This document shows positions 15,593 through 23,703 of a stretch of 24,683 bases of DNA, one piece after another. The notes below the pieces were generated by a model. The model made no database searches. It was not told the DNA's origin and saw only the letters and a list, made by a program, of their open reading frames with translations. Position 1 is the first letter of the stretch, and every line of letters begins with the position of its first letter. A program made the position numbers and the translations under genes. The DNA comes from an uncultured Oscillospiraceae bacterium (GTDB taxonomy: Bacteria > Bacillota > Clostridia > Oscillospirales > Ruminococcaceae): positions 1-24,683 of the forward strand of contig CAUABB010000001.1 of NCBI GenBank assembly GCA_958427155.1, written 5' to 3'.

Positions 15593-17242
15593 TCACGGAG
15601 AAGGACCCGCACGCACCTTTTCCCTCTCATTTTTGCGGATACGAATCGCGGATGCGTTCTGAGGAGAGTAGACGTCCATCGGATCAATCCGAACCACATA
15701 CTGCCCTTCTTCCAATTCAAGCGGCATGTAATCGGTTGCCGATGATTCCCTAGGAGCAACCGAGTAAGCAAAACCAGGGGAATAATTTCTACCCAAACGC
15801 AGAAGCGCAAACTTTCCTACCATATCTTCCTGCCATTCATATTCTGCAAGCAAAGCAGAAGTATGACCAAGGAGCATCCAAAAAATCACTACCATAAAGG
15901 TGATATCAAATAGAACGGCTTTCTCAAATAAGCCAAATATACAATACGCCGTAACAGCCGCGATCAAAGCCGGAATTTCCTTCAAATCTCTTCCCCGGTT
16001 ATAACGAAAACATCGGAGCAAACGAAAGCCCACCAAAGATAAGAAAAGCATAAAAATTACAAAGCCCGCGATCCCGTCTGAAATTAAAATCGTCAAAAAT
16101 CCATTATGCAAATCGCTGTACGTAAAGCCGTCAAGCATATACCGCTCACCATAAAGGATAATATTTCCTTTTCCAACGCCTAAAAGCGGAAATTTTCGGA
16201 ATAAAACCATCGATTTTTTCAAAGAGTCGATTCGCCCGCTGGAAATCTCATATTCTTCCGTTCTGCCAATTTCGATATTCTGTACAGAAGTTTTTTCAGC
16301 AGCAGAAGCCGTTTGATTTTCAGAGGTGCTTTGCTGAGAAACATGTATCTGACTCACGGTGTTAACAAACCCGGTAACAGCAGTTTGGCTGATCATCCGA
16401 AACATCAGGGCGAAGCCAGCAATTAAGACTCCACATAAAAGAAGAGCTCCTCCGCGCAGAACAGTCTTCTTGAAAGAATATCCATTGCTTTTCTGATAAA
16501 AACGACAAAACAAATACACAACTACATAAGAGACTCCAAAAACCAACGAAGAATTTGAGTCCGATAATAACAGACTTAAAAGATTTGCGGCAACGCAAAG
16601 TATGGAAACCATACGCGGTATACACTTTTTTTTACAGGCAGATACCGGATTCCTTTTGTAAAGGATATGGCAACAAACAATTCCGATTACAGAAGAAAAA
16701 GCTGCCAGATTTGGATTGGTATAAAGCCCGGTAAAACGGTTATCCATAATACCCAAAACATAACTACCAAGATAAATTCGGCCAGTCGGAGCCAGAAACA
16801 CAATCAACAACCCTAAAACGGAAAATATTGTCGTCAAAAAAACCATCAGCTTTAAAATCCGATCAATTTCCTGTTTCCGTTTTTCAGGATTTGATTCTGA
16901 ATGCATTCCGTAAAACAAAAAGAAGCAAATTGCCGCATGATAAAGCATGACAATATTTTCAGCAAAATTGCCATCAATATGAAACACCGAAGTGTAAAGC
17001 CCCAACGCTAAAAAAATGACCAACAAAACACCGTGCCGAATCTTCCGCATATCTTTCTTTAAAAAGAATAGATCCACAAGTATTATTGCCGACCAAATAA
17101 AAAGGAGAACATTAACAGCAACTCCTGCGATATTCCAAAAACATACGGAACACAAAAAAAGATTGACTAGATATACCGTGCGAAACAGCGACGGATTATA
17201 TAAATCCGTTGAAAAAAAGCTTTTTAAAGACTTTATAAACAC
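15593..17242 (-). CDS. O-antigen ligase / Wzy-like membrane glycan ligase or polymerase
   Basis: Multi-TM protein with RFTGLYTNPN, LLLSDSNSS, SSGR, PLLGVG and LHNGFLTILISDGIAG (Wzy_C-type motifs); GTG start with AGGAG RBS. Confidence 0.85.
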   Translation of the reverse strand: MFIKSLKSFFSTDLYNPSLFRTVYLVNLFLCSVCFWNIAGVAVNVLLFIWSAIILVDLFFLKKDMRKIRHGVLLVIFLALGLYTSVFHIDGNFAENIVMLYHAAICFFLFYGMHSESNPEKRKQEIDRILKLMVFLTTIFSVLGLLIVFLAPTGRIYLGSYVLGIMDNRFTGLYTNPNLAAFSSVIGIVCCHILYKRNPVSACKKKCIPRMVSILCVAANLLSLLLSDSNSSLVFGVSYVVVYLFCRFYQKSNGYSFKKTVLRGGALLLCGVLIAGFALMFRMISQTAVTGFVNTVSQIHVSQQSTSENQTASAAEKTSVQNIEIGRTEEYEISSGRIDSLKKSMVLFRKFPLLGVGKGNIILYGERYMLDGFTYSDLHNGFLTILISDGIAGFVIFMLFLSLVGFRLLRCFRYNRGRDLKEIPALIAAVTAYCIFGLFEKAVLFDITFMVVIFWMLLGHTSALLAEYEWQEDMVGKFALLRLGRNYSPGFAYSVAPRESSATDYMPLELEEGQYVVRIDPMDVYSPQNASAIRIRKNEREKVRAGPSP

Positions 17243-18054
17243 GCAATTATCTCCTGCCTTAGATATGAGGGAACTCCAAAAACAAGTTTCATTAAAAACC
17301 TGTAATATAAGAGACGACTAAAGTCGTTTACAATCAATTTACAAGAATAAGAAAGATTACATACATTTCTAACACACTTTCGCTATTATAACGTATATTG
17401 CTCCATTTGAGTATAGGCAATCTTTTTAAAAAAAATTAGAATTAGACGAAATCTTTGTGCTCTTTCTCGAATATTACTTAATATACAACAAATCAGATAA
17501 AACTTTGTATACTTTTTTTAATTTGAATCTTAACTTTTCTGAAATTTTATTTTGACATATTTTAAAAATTCTTATTAAGGTCTGATGATAAAGTTTTATG
17601 TCACACAAATTTTTTTATAAACTTCTTTAAAAACATACTATAAAACAAAATAAGGAAAGATGTTCCAATCCCTGTCTTTTATATCTTTTTGGATGTGTTT
17701 TGTGTTGCATTTTTTACAAAGCATCCCCATTTCATAACATATTTATCACTTTAAAAAAGAAAAAGACCGTAACAATCGCTTTTTCCAAAAAACACGAATT
17801 TTTTCCGTTGGGAAGCATTGACCAAAAGATACCTGCCTACAAAAATGGAAATTCCGGATTCAGAACAAATTCATTTTTATTTTCGCATTGTAAATTTTGG
17901 GTTTTTACTTTTCGACGTCCCCTTTCTTGAAAGAAAATAGACCCTGAAACCGGTTCAAATACTGGGCTCATAACATAGAAAAAAGATCAGAATTTAGCCG
18001 TCTCATTTTTAAGTTGCAAATTTCGGCTCCTATCCAAAATATTTGCATATAGGC

Positions 18055-18083
18055 TTGACATAGAAGCATATATTAAGTATATT
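18055..18083 (+). promoter_or_regulatory. Sigma-A promoter of the ferredoxin-ArsR operon
   Basis: TTGACA-17 nt-TATATT, then a GGAGG RBS before 18121. Confidence 0.75.
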
Positions 18084-18103
18084 AGTAATATCTAAATTAC
18101 TTA
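18074..18103. promoter_or_regulatory. Putative ArsR-family operator overlapping -10/+1
   Basis: Imperfect AT-rich palindrome TAAGTATATTAG-TAATAT-CTAAATTACTTA. Confidence 0.55.
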
Positions 18104-18120
18104 TACATTCTGGAGGTTAT

Positions 18121-18327
18121 ATGATATTATCTCGAAAAATGGCCAGTATCGGCAAGGAATGTGTGGCTTGCGGTTGTTGCGTTCGCGTCTGCCCAAAAGA
18201 AGCCATTCAAATTGCATGGGGTATTTCTGCCCGCGTAGATCTGAAGAAATGCGTCGGTTGCGGGAAGTGCGCGAAGGTATGTCCTGCAGCGGTGATCGAA
18301 ATAGTGGAAAGGAGCGCTGCACTGTGA
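18121..18327 (+). CDS. 2x[4Fe-4S] ferredoxin
   Basis: CVACGCCVRVCP and CVGCGKCAKVCP motifs. Confidence 0.9.
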   Translation: MILSRKMASIGKECVACGCCVRVCPKEAIQIAWGISARVDLKKCVGCGKCAKVCPAAVIEIVERSAAL

Positions 18328-18965
18328 AAAATGCAAAGAAAAAGAAGTGGTCGGACTATCTTTGGATTGCCGAGCTATGCTATCTGTTTTTAGGATTATT
18401 TAATATCCTGTTTGCATGGTTGGGGATGCTGTTTTTCTGTATTCCTCTATTCATGGCTATATTCGGCGGTAACAAAGCCTACTGCAACCGCTATTGTGGA
18501 CGTGGGCAGCTCTTAGGCTTGCTGGGGGAAAAACTAAAATTGTCAAGGAACGTCCCACCGCCTAAATTTTTGCGCAGCCCGTGGTTTCGCTATGGATTTC
18601 TGACTTTTTTTATGATCATGTTCGGCCTGATGCTGTTCAGCACCTATCAGGTATTTACAGGCGCACCCCTCGCCCAAACCGTGACGCTTTTGTGGGTATT
18701 CAAGCTCCCGTGGCAGTGGGCGGACGTCAGCTTTGTCGCTCCGTGGATTGGACAATTTGCTTTCGGGTTTTTCGGGGTTATGCTGACCTCCACCGTCCTA
18801 GGCCTTGTGACAATGGTACTGTTCCGGCCTCGGTCGTGGTGCGTGTACTGCCCTATGGGGACGATGACCCAAGGAATTTGCAAATTAAGGAATGGAAAGA
18901 AGGCAAACAAATATGGAAGAACAGGCAAAGAAGATCGCAGAACTGCTGAAGATGCTAGCCAATGA
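18324..18965 (+). CDS. Membrane 4Fe-4S-binding protein (NapH/MauN/YccM-like)
   Basis: GTG start overlapping the ferredoxin stop (GTGA) with an AAGGAG RBS; TM segments plus YCNRYCGRG and WCVYCPMG motifs. Confidence 0.82.
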   Translation: MKNAKKKKWSDYLWIAELCYLFLGLFNILFAWLGMLFFCIPLFMAIFGGNKAYCNRYCGRGQLLGLLGEKLKLSRNVPPPKFLRSPWFRYGFLTFFMIMFGLMLFSTYQVFTGAPLAQTVTLLWVFKLPWQWADVSFVAPWIGQFAFGFFGVMLTSTVLGLVTMVLFRPRSWCVYCPMGTMTQGICKLRNGKKANKYGRTGKEDRRTAEDASQ

Positions 18966-19215
18966 GCACCGGCTGCTGATTTTATGCGCACTGCTCAAAG
19001 GGAGGCACACTGTAGGAGATATCCATCAATATACGCCTAATATTACGGCCTCTGCCCTGTCGCAGCACCTAAGCCAAATGAAAATAGCTGGTATCCTGTC
19101 TTCTGAAAAACAAGGGATGAACGTATTTTACTGGATTCAGGATAAACGGGTGATTGCTTTGATCGAGTCCATTAAAAAAGAATATTGCCAAGACGAAGAG
19201 GGGGAAACTACATGA
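18913..19215 (+). CDS. ArsR/SmtB-family repressor, BigR/SqrR-like (two Cys)
   Basis: LKMLANEHRLLILC, SALSQHL, KQGMNVFY and C-terminal EYC; 100 aa from ATG 18913. Confidence 0.88.
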   Translation: MEEQAKKIAELLKMLANEHRLLILCALLKGRHTVGDIHQYTPNITASALSQHLSQMKIAGILSSEKQGMNVFYWIQDKRVIALIESIKKEYCQDEEGETT

Positions 19216-19397
19216 AAATTATAGTAAATCCGCAAAAGTGCCCGCAAAACCATACATGCCCTTCCATAGCGGTTTGTCCCAAGGGAGCTATTACACAGAG
19301 GGATATATATTCCCTGCCGGAGATTGATGAAGAAAAGTGTATTGTCTGTGGCAAATGTATGCGTTTTTGTCCCAAGGGTGCTTTTGAAAAGAAATAA
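19212..19397 (+). CDS. Small ferredoxin (one canonical and one atypical cluster motif)
   Basis: ATGA overlap with the ArsR stop; CPQNHTCPSIAVCP and CIVCGKCMRFCP. Confidence 0.85.
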   Translation: MKIIVNPQKCPQNHTCPSIAVCPKGAITQRDIYSLPEIDEEKCIVCGKCMRFCPKGAFEKK

Positions 19398-19590
19398 GAA
19401 ATAATCATCTACGTGTGGAATGCGTGATATTACACATGCGGGCAAGGCTCTCTGTTTTTTGCGGACGCGTAAAACGTATAGCCTACCGGCTGTGTAAAGC
19501 TGCTTTTTGCCCGTAAACAGGCAAACCTCACTTACCGTAAAATCAAAAAGGAGAAGCCTGCAAACCTGCACGCATCCTCACTTTATAACA

Positions 19591-19640
19591 AAAACACCAT
19601 TGATGTCCAACCCCAGGGGTTTAGATCTCAATGGTGTTTT
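19591..19640. terminator. Long hairpin, terminator-like in both directions
   Basis: 13-bp arms AAAACACCATTGA / TCAATGGTGTTTT plus an inner AACCC/GGGTT pairing. Confidence 0.55.
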
Positions 19641-19700
19641 CATATGGGAAGCGTTGACAAAAAAGATACCCTCCATAAACGCGAGCGCTAAATTACAATA

Positions 19701-19740
19701 AAACAAAAAGCCCCGAACGCGACTTGCGCGTCGAGGCTCT
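19701..19740 (-). terminator. Orphan minus-strand terminator directly after a tRNA-like 3' end
   Basis: Minus strand GAGCCTCGACGCG-CAAGT-CGCGTTCGGGGC followed by TTTTTGTTT. Confidence 0.65.
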
Positions 19741-19744
19741 CGAC

Positions 19745-19755
19745 TGGTGCGGATG
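19745..19755 (-). other. Probable att core: displaced tRNA 3' end (CATCCGCACCA, tRNA-Leu-like)
   Basis: 11-nt acceptor-stem strand plus CCA, followed by a terminator. No T-arm or upstream tRNA body is present. Confidence 0.5.
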
Positions 19756-19883
19756 TTCATAACGGATTTGATAAAACACACAGGAATGCAGCCGGGGACG
19801 CACATTGTCTGTGATTCGCACATTGGTAAACAGATCGGTTTCCTCTTAAAATAAAAATACTGAAAATTAAGGAGGAAAACGAG

Positions 19884-20258
19884 ATGAAAAAATCATTATT
19901 TGAAGAAACAGGCGGCACATATACCTGGCAAGGCGATTATGAACTTCCCAATCTGAAAATACCATCCGAAAAAGAAGTCGAGATCGGAGTTTGGGGGCAA
20001 CGATATCGGCGATATTTAAAGCAGTATCACAAAATTCGGTATTACAATCTGCTGACTGCCGGAACGCTGAACGAACATCTGGCAGAGGTAGATCAGCGGG
20101 CGGAGCAGATGTTTCAGTCGCTTGTATCCGCACTTTCCAAGCAGGAAAATGTAACAGAAAAGCTGAAGTCTACTGCTCCTATGGAGTGGGTGCAAAAGAT
20201 GAACAGTATCCGAAACCGAGCCGCTGAAATCGTTAACAGCGAGTTGATCTTCGTATGA
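19884..20258 (+). CDS. tnpV: Transposon-encoded protein TnpV
   Basis: SLFEETGGTY...GDY.LPNL, IGVWG..YRRYLK, L..HLAEVD and WVQKMNSIRNRAAEIV..ELI; AAGGAGG RBS. Confidence 0.92.
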   Translation: MKKSLFEETGGTYTWQGDYELPNLKIPSEKEVEIGVWGQRYRRYLKQYHKIRYYNLLTAGTLNEHLAEVDQRAEQMFQSLVSALSKQENVTEKLKSTAPMEWVQKMNSIRNRAAEIVNSELIFV

Positions 20259-20428
20259 GGGAGCAGAAATATCATCTTTACCTTTCGGAAAAAGAGCGCA
20301 GATTTCTTATCCGAAATCTCATTTGGTTCCAGAATAAACTGCAACGGGAAGGGCGCTATACCGACGCTGTGGATGATTTGATCATCAGGTTTTCAAACGC
20401 AAAGCCGAAGAAAATCAGGGTAACATAG
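20255..20428 (+). CDS. 57-aa small basic protein translationally coupled to tnpV
   Basis: MREQKYHLYLSEKERRFLIRNLIWFQNKLQREGRYTDAVDDLIIRFSNAKPKKIRVT*; ATGA overlap with the tnpV stop and ends just before a terminator. Shorter than anything in the ORF track. Confidence 0.72.
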   Translation: MREQKYHLYLSEKERRFLIRNLIWFQNKLQREGRYTDAVDDLIIRFSNAKPKKIRVT

Positions 20429-20431
20429 AAC

Positions 20432-20466
20432 GAACCGGAGAAGCATTACTGCCTTCTCCGGTTTTC
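20432..20466 (+). terminator. Intrinsic terminator of the tnpV unit
   Basis: AACCGGAGAAG-loop-CTTCTCCGGTTTT. Confidence 0.8.
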
Positions 20467-20562
20467 TGTATCATCTTAGCGAGCAGACTGTTTGTACTCC
20501 CACAGTCGTAAAACAGTAATTCTCGTTAGGGCCACCCTAAGACCCGTTTGATCTGCAAGAGA

Positions 20563-23500
20563 TTAATTTGCATACTTCTTAAAATTCTCTGCCTGCTCAA
20601 GAACCTCTTCGTAAACATCATCAATCGTAACTGGAGGATAACCAAACTCATCCAGTAGGAGGATCAAGTCAACCTGCAAATTCGCCTTTATATCCTCCCG
20701 GGTAGACCAGTCAGTGTACCGTGCCTTATCATCGACAATAATTTTTATCCTTTTAGAAATCTCTATCATCTTATCATCGGGATACTCAAACTCATATTTT
20801 TTGGAGACCGCTTTCAAGATGTCATAAAATGCCTTTTCCTCATAATCAATGCCCATTTTCTTAAAGGAGTCTTTCTCCTGCTTGAGTTCTGAAAGCAGAT
20901 TAGCAAGCTGCTCCGCAACATCATCGAGGACCTCATTCGCATATGCTTCATCACGGCGACGGTTGTTGTATTCGTCAACCACCCGCTTGAGTCTGTCCGC
21001 AAATTCTACCCCCTTGATCTTGTTGACTTTCTTAAACTCATCAATCGCCTGAGAAAGCAGTCTTTGCAGGATTTTTATTTTGGTGTTCGGCAGCTGGATA
21101 GCGTTTATCTTGTCCATATACTCATCGCTGAAAATATCCACAGAAATATGTTTGCCGGTTTCAAACAGTTCTTCAATGCCGTCCGATTGGATAGCGCCCT
21201 CCAGCATTTCACGCACACGGGCATTCATCTGTGAAATGTCCGGTGCGTCACCTTTTGTCAGCTTGAAAAGAATAGAGCGGACCGCACAGTAAAAATGGAT
21301 ATAGTCTTTTTCTTCCTCTGAGAACTTTTCGCTGGAACTGCAAAGATTGAATGCCTGTTTCATTCGTTTCACAGCCGCCATAAATCTTGTTTCCAGTTCC
21401 TCTGACAGCTGCACATACTCGACTGCCCGATTGAGACAGGCAAGCTGCTCAGTCGGAGAGCCAAAAAAGAAATCTCTGCTGTTAAATGTATGGAACATCT
21501 GACCGAGGACATCCAACTGATCTTTTACAATCGTGATCGATTGCTCAACCCCCTCAAACTCTTCGCTTTCAAAGTTGGTATATTTCTTGAGAGCGGTATT
21601 CATATTTTTCTTAATGCCGATGTAGTCCACGATCAGCCCCCTGTCTTTCCCTTCACAGACACGGTTGACACGGGAGATCGTCTGAATGAGGGTGTGCTGC
21701 TGAATCGGCTTGTCTATGTAGATGGTATCCAGCTCGGGCACATCAAATCCGGTCAGCCACATATCGACAACAATGGCGATTTTGAAATTGGATTTCGGAT
21801 TTTTGAACTGCCGGTCAAACTCCTTACGGTCATCCTTTGTCCCAAGCATGTCATAAAGAGCAGGCTCATCATCTTTGTTGCGGGTCATTACCAGCTTGAT
21901 TTTCTCGATGGGCTTCAGTTCTTTTTTCTCTTTATCGGTAAGCGCTGTTTCATCTTCGCTGATTCTCTTTTCCGCCCATTGGGGACGAATCTCTATAACA
22001 ATTTTGTAGAGGTTATAAGCAATCGTGCGGTTCATGCAGACAAACATTGCCTTGCCCGCAACCGTAGCGCCCTCCGCCACACGGTTTTCATAATGGCTGA
22101 TAAAGTCCTCGGCAACAGCACGGAGCCGGTCCGGGTCGCCGATAATGATTTCCATATTCGCAACCGCTTTTTGGCTTTCTTCTATCTGGTGTTCGTTTGC
22201 ACCTTCACGCTCGCATTGAGCATAGTATTCCTCAATTTGTCTTACCTTGTCCTGGTCCAGCATAACCTTCGCCGCACGGCCGTCATACACAAGGTTGACT
22301 GTTATGCCGTCACGAACAGCTTCGGTCATTGTGTATGCGTCCACCACAGGACCGAAAACCTCAATCGTACCGTCGACCGGTGTGCCGGTGAAGCCCACAC
22401 AAGTGGCGTTCGGGAGGGAGTTGTGCAAGTATTTCGCAAATCCATAGCTGCGCTCAACGCCGGACTCTGTGATTTTTACCTTTTGGTCGAGGTTAATTTG
22501 ACTGCGGTGCGCTTCGTCAGAAATGCAGATGACATTGGTTCTATCGGTAAGAAGCTGCAAATCCTCCGTGAATTTCTGAATAGTGGTTAAATACACGCCG
22601 CCGCTTGTCCTGCCTTGCAGTTCCTTACGGAGATTTTCACGGGAGTCTATGCTGACAACTGTTTCATCACCAATATACTTCTTTGACCCGACAAACTGCC
22701 TAGAAAGCTGATCATCCAGGTCGGTTCTGTCTGTAATAATCAGAATGGTCGGAGAGGAAAAATATTTGCTTTTCATCAGCATACGGGTCAAAAACAGCAT
22801 GGTGTAGCTCTTGCCGCAGCCGGTAGCACCGAAGTAGGTGCCGCCTTTACCGTCGCCATCGGGACGCAAATGCTCTTTGATATTCTGATAGAGTTTATTT
22901 GCGGCAAAGAACTGGGGATAACGGCAGACGATTTTCAGCTCTTTATCCGAGTTGTCGGGGAAATAAATAAAATCCTTGATGACCGCAAGCAGCCGATCTT
23001 TGCGAAACAGCCCTTTCATCATGGTGACAAGGGAGTTGATTCCGTCCAGCTCTTTGTCCTCAGATTCAACTTTCCGCCATGCATAGAAATAGTCGTAGGG
23101 ACTGAAAAGAGAACCGTATTTGTTGTTTGCCCCGTCGCTGATCACCACAAAGGCGTTGTATTTGAGCAGTTCCGGAATATCTCTGCGGTAGCGGACGGTA
23201 AGCTGCTTGTATGCGTCCATGATCGTGGTGTTTTCCTTAACTGCGCTCTTGAATTCCAGAACCACCACGGGAATACCGTTTACGAACACAATGCCGTCGG
23301 GGATACGGAGCTGACCACCCACGCCCTCGATTTCAAATTGGTTGACCGCCTTGAAGATATTGTTTTCGGGGTTGTCATAGTCGATGAGCTCAATATATAA
23401 ATCCTTCTGCGTTCTGTCCTCACGGTTGAGGATAAAGCCGTCGCACAGCAGTTTATATACCTCTTTGTTGGCTTCGTAAAGTGTGCCGGAGATGTTGCGT

Positions 23501-23703
23501 AAACGCAAAAGGATACCGTCCACTTCGCCGGGAGTGATGCCGTCCTTGGCGTAGCGGTTATATAAATACTGCCGCAAGTCGTCGGCGAGCAGAACCTCCG
23601 TGCGCTCCCGGTGAATCTGCTCCCCTGCGAGATAAGTATATCCTTCGTCTTTGAACAGCTCCATGATGGATAATTCTAAAGCGTGTTCATTAAAGTTCGG
23701 CAT
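20563..23703 (-). CDS. hsdR: Type I restriction endonuclease subunit R
   Basis: Nuclease motif PDGIVFVNGIPVVVLEFK; helicase motifs GATGCGKS, DEAHRSQ, GFTGTP, DMWLTGFD and QTISRVNR; DUF3387-like C-terminus. ATG 23703 has GAGGAG 8 nt upstream. Confidence 0.95.
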   Translation of the reverse strand: MPNFNEHALELSIMELFKDEGYTYLAGEQIHRERTEVLLADDLRQYLYNRYAKDGITPGEVDGILLRLRNISGTLYEANKEVYKLLCDGFILNREDRTQKDLYIELIDYDNPENNIFKAVNQFEIEGVGGQLRIPDGIVFVNGIPVVVLEFKSAVKENTTIMDAYKQLTVRYRRDIPELLKYNAFVVISDGANNKYGSLFSPYDYFYAWRKVESEDKELDGINSLVTMMKGLFRKDRLLAVIKDFIYFPDNSDKELKIVCRYPQFFAANKLYQNIKEHLRPDGDGKGGTYFGATGCGKSYTMLFLTRMLMKSKYFSSPTILIITDRTDLDDQLSRQFVGSKKYIGDETVVSIDSRENLRKELQGRTSGGVYLTTIQKFTEDLQLLTDRTNVICISDEAHRSQINLDQKVKITESGVERSYGFAKYLHNSLPNATCVGFTGTPVDGTIEVFGPVVDAYTMTEAVRDGITVNLVYDGRAAKVMLDQDKVRQIEEYYAQCEREGANEHQIEESQKAVANMEIIIGDPDRLRAVAEDFISHYENRVAEGATVAGKAMFVCMNRTIAYNLYKIVIEIRPQWAEKRISEDETALTDKEKKELKPIEKIKLVMTRNKDDEPALYDMLGTKDDRKEFDRQFKNPKSNFKIAIVVDMWLTGFDVPELDTIYIDKPIQQHTLIQTISRVNRVCEGKDRGLIVDYIGIKKNMNTALKKYTNFESEEFEGVEQSITIVKDQLDVLGQMFHTFNSRDFFFGSPTEQLACLNRAVEYVQLSEELETRFMAAVKRMKQAFNLCSSSEKFSEEEKDYIHFYCAVRSILFKLTKGDAPDISQMNARVREMLEGAIQSDGIEELFETGKHISVDIFSDEYMDKINAIQLPNTKIKILQRLLSQAIDEFKKVNKIKGVEFADRLKRVVDEYNNRRRDEAYANEVLDDVAEQLANLLSELKQEKDSFKKMGIDYEEKAFYDILKAVSKKYEFEYPDDKMIEISKRIKIIVDDKARYTDWSTREDIKANLQVDLILLLDEFGYPPVTIDDVYEEVLEQAENFKKYAN

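Noticed and set aside
17497..17599. 10-bp inverted repeat ATAAAACTTT/AAAGTTTTAT around a TTGACA, as a possible invertible promoter
   Set aside because: A short AT-only-like repeat in very AT-rich DNA is expected by chance. There is no properly spaced -10 and no invertase nearby.
17951..17970. GGTTCAAAT resembling a tRNA T-loop
   Set aside because: There is no T-stem pairing, acceptor stem or CCA around it.
18159..18323. N-terminal extension of the 268-aa ORF
   Set aside because: It overlaps the ferredoxin in another frame. The GTG at 18324 has an RBS and stop-start coupling.
19440..19570. c-di-GMP-I riboswitch suggested by GGCAAACC and GGACGC words
   Set aside because: The motifs are in the wrong order, and the GNRA-capped P2 and GCAAAGC elements are missing.
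21490..22590. 366-aa + strand ORF (and the 176-aa ORF at 22870-23400)
   Set aside because: Both lie fully antisense to the intact hsdR and show no recognisable motifs. They are typical shadow ORFs.
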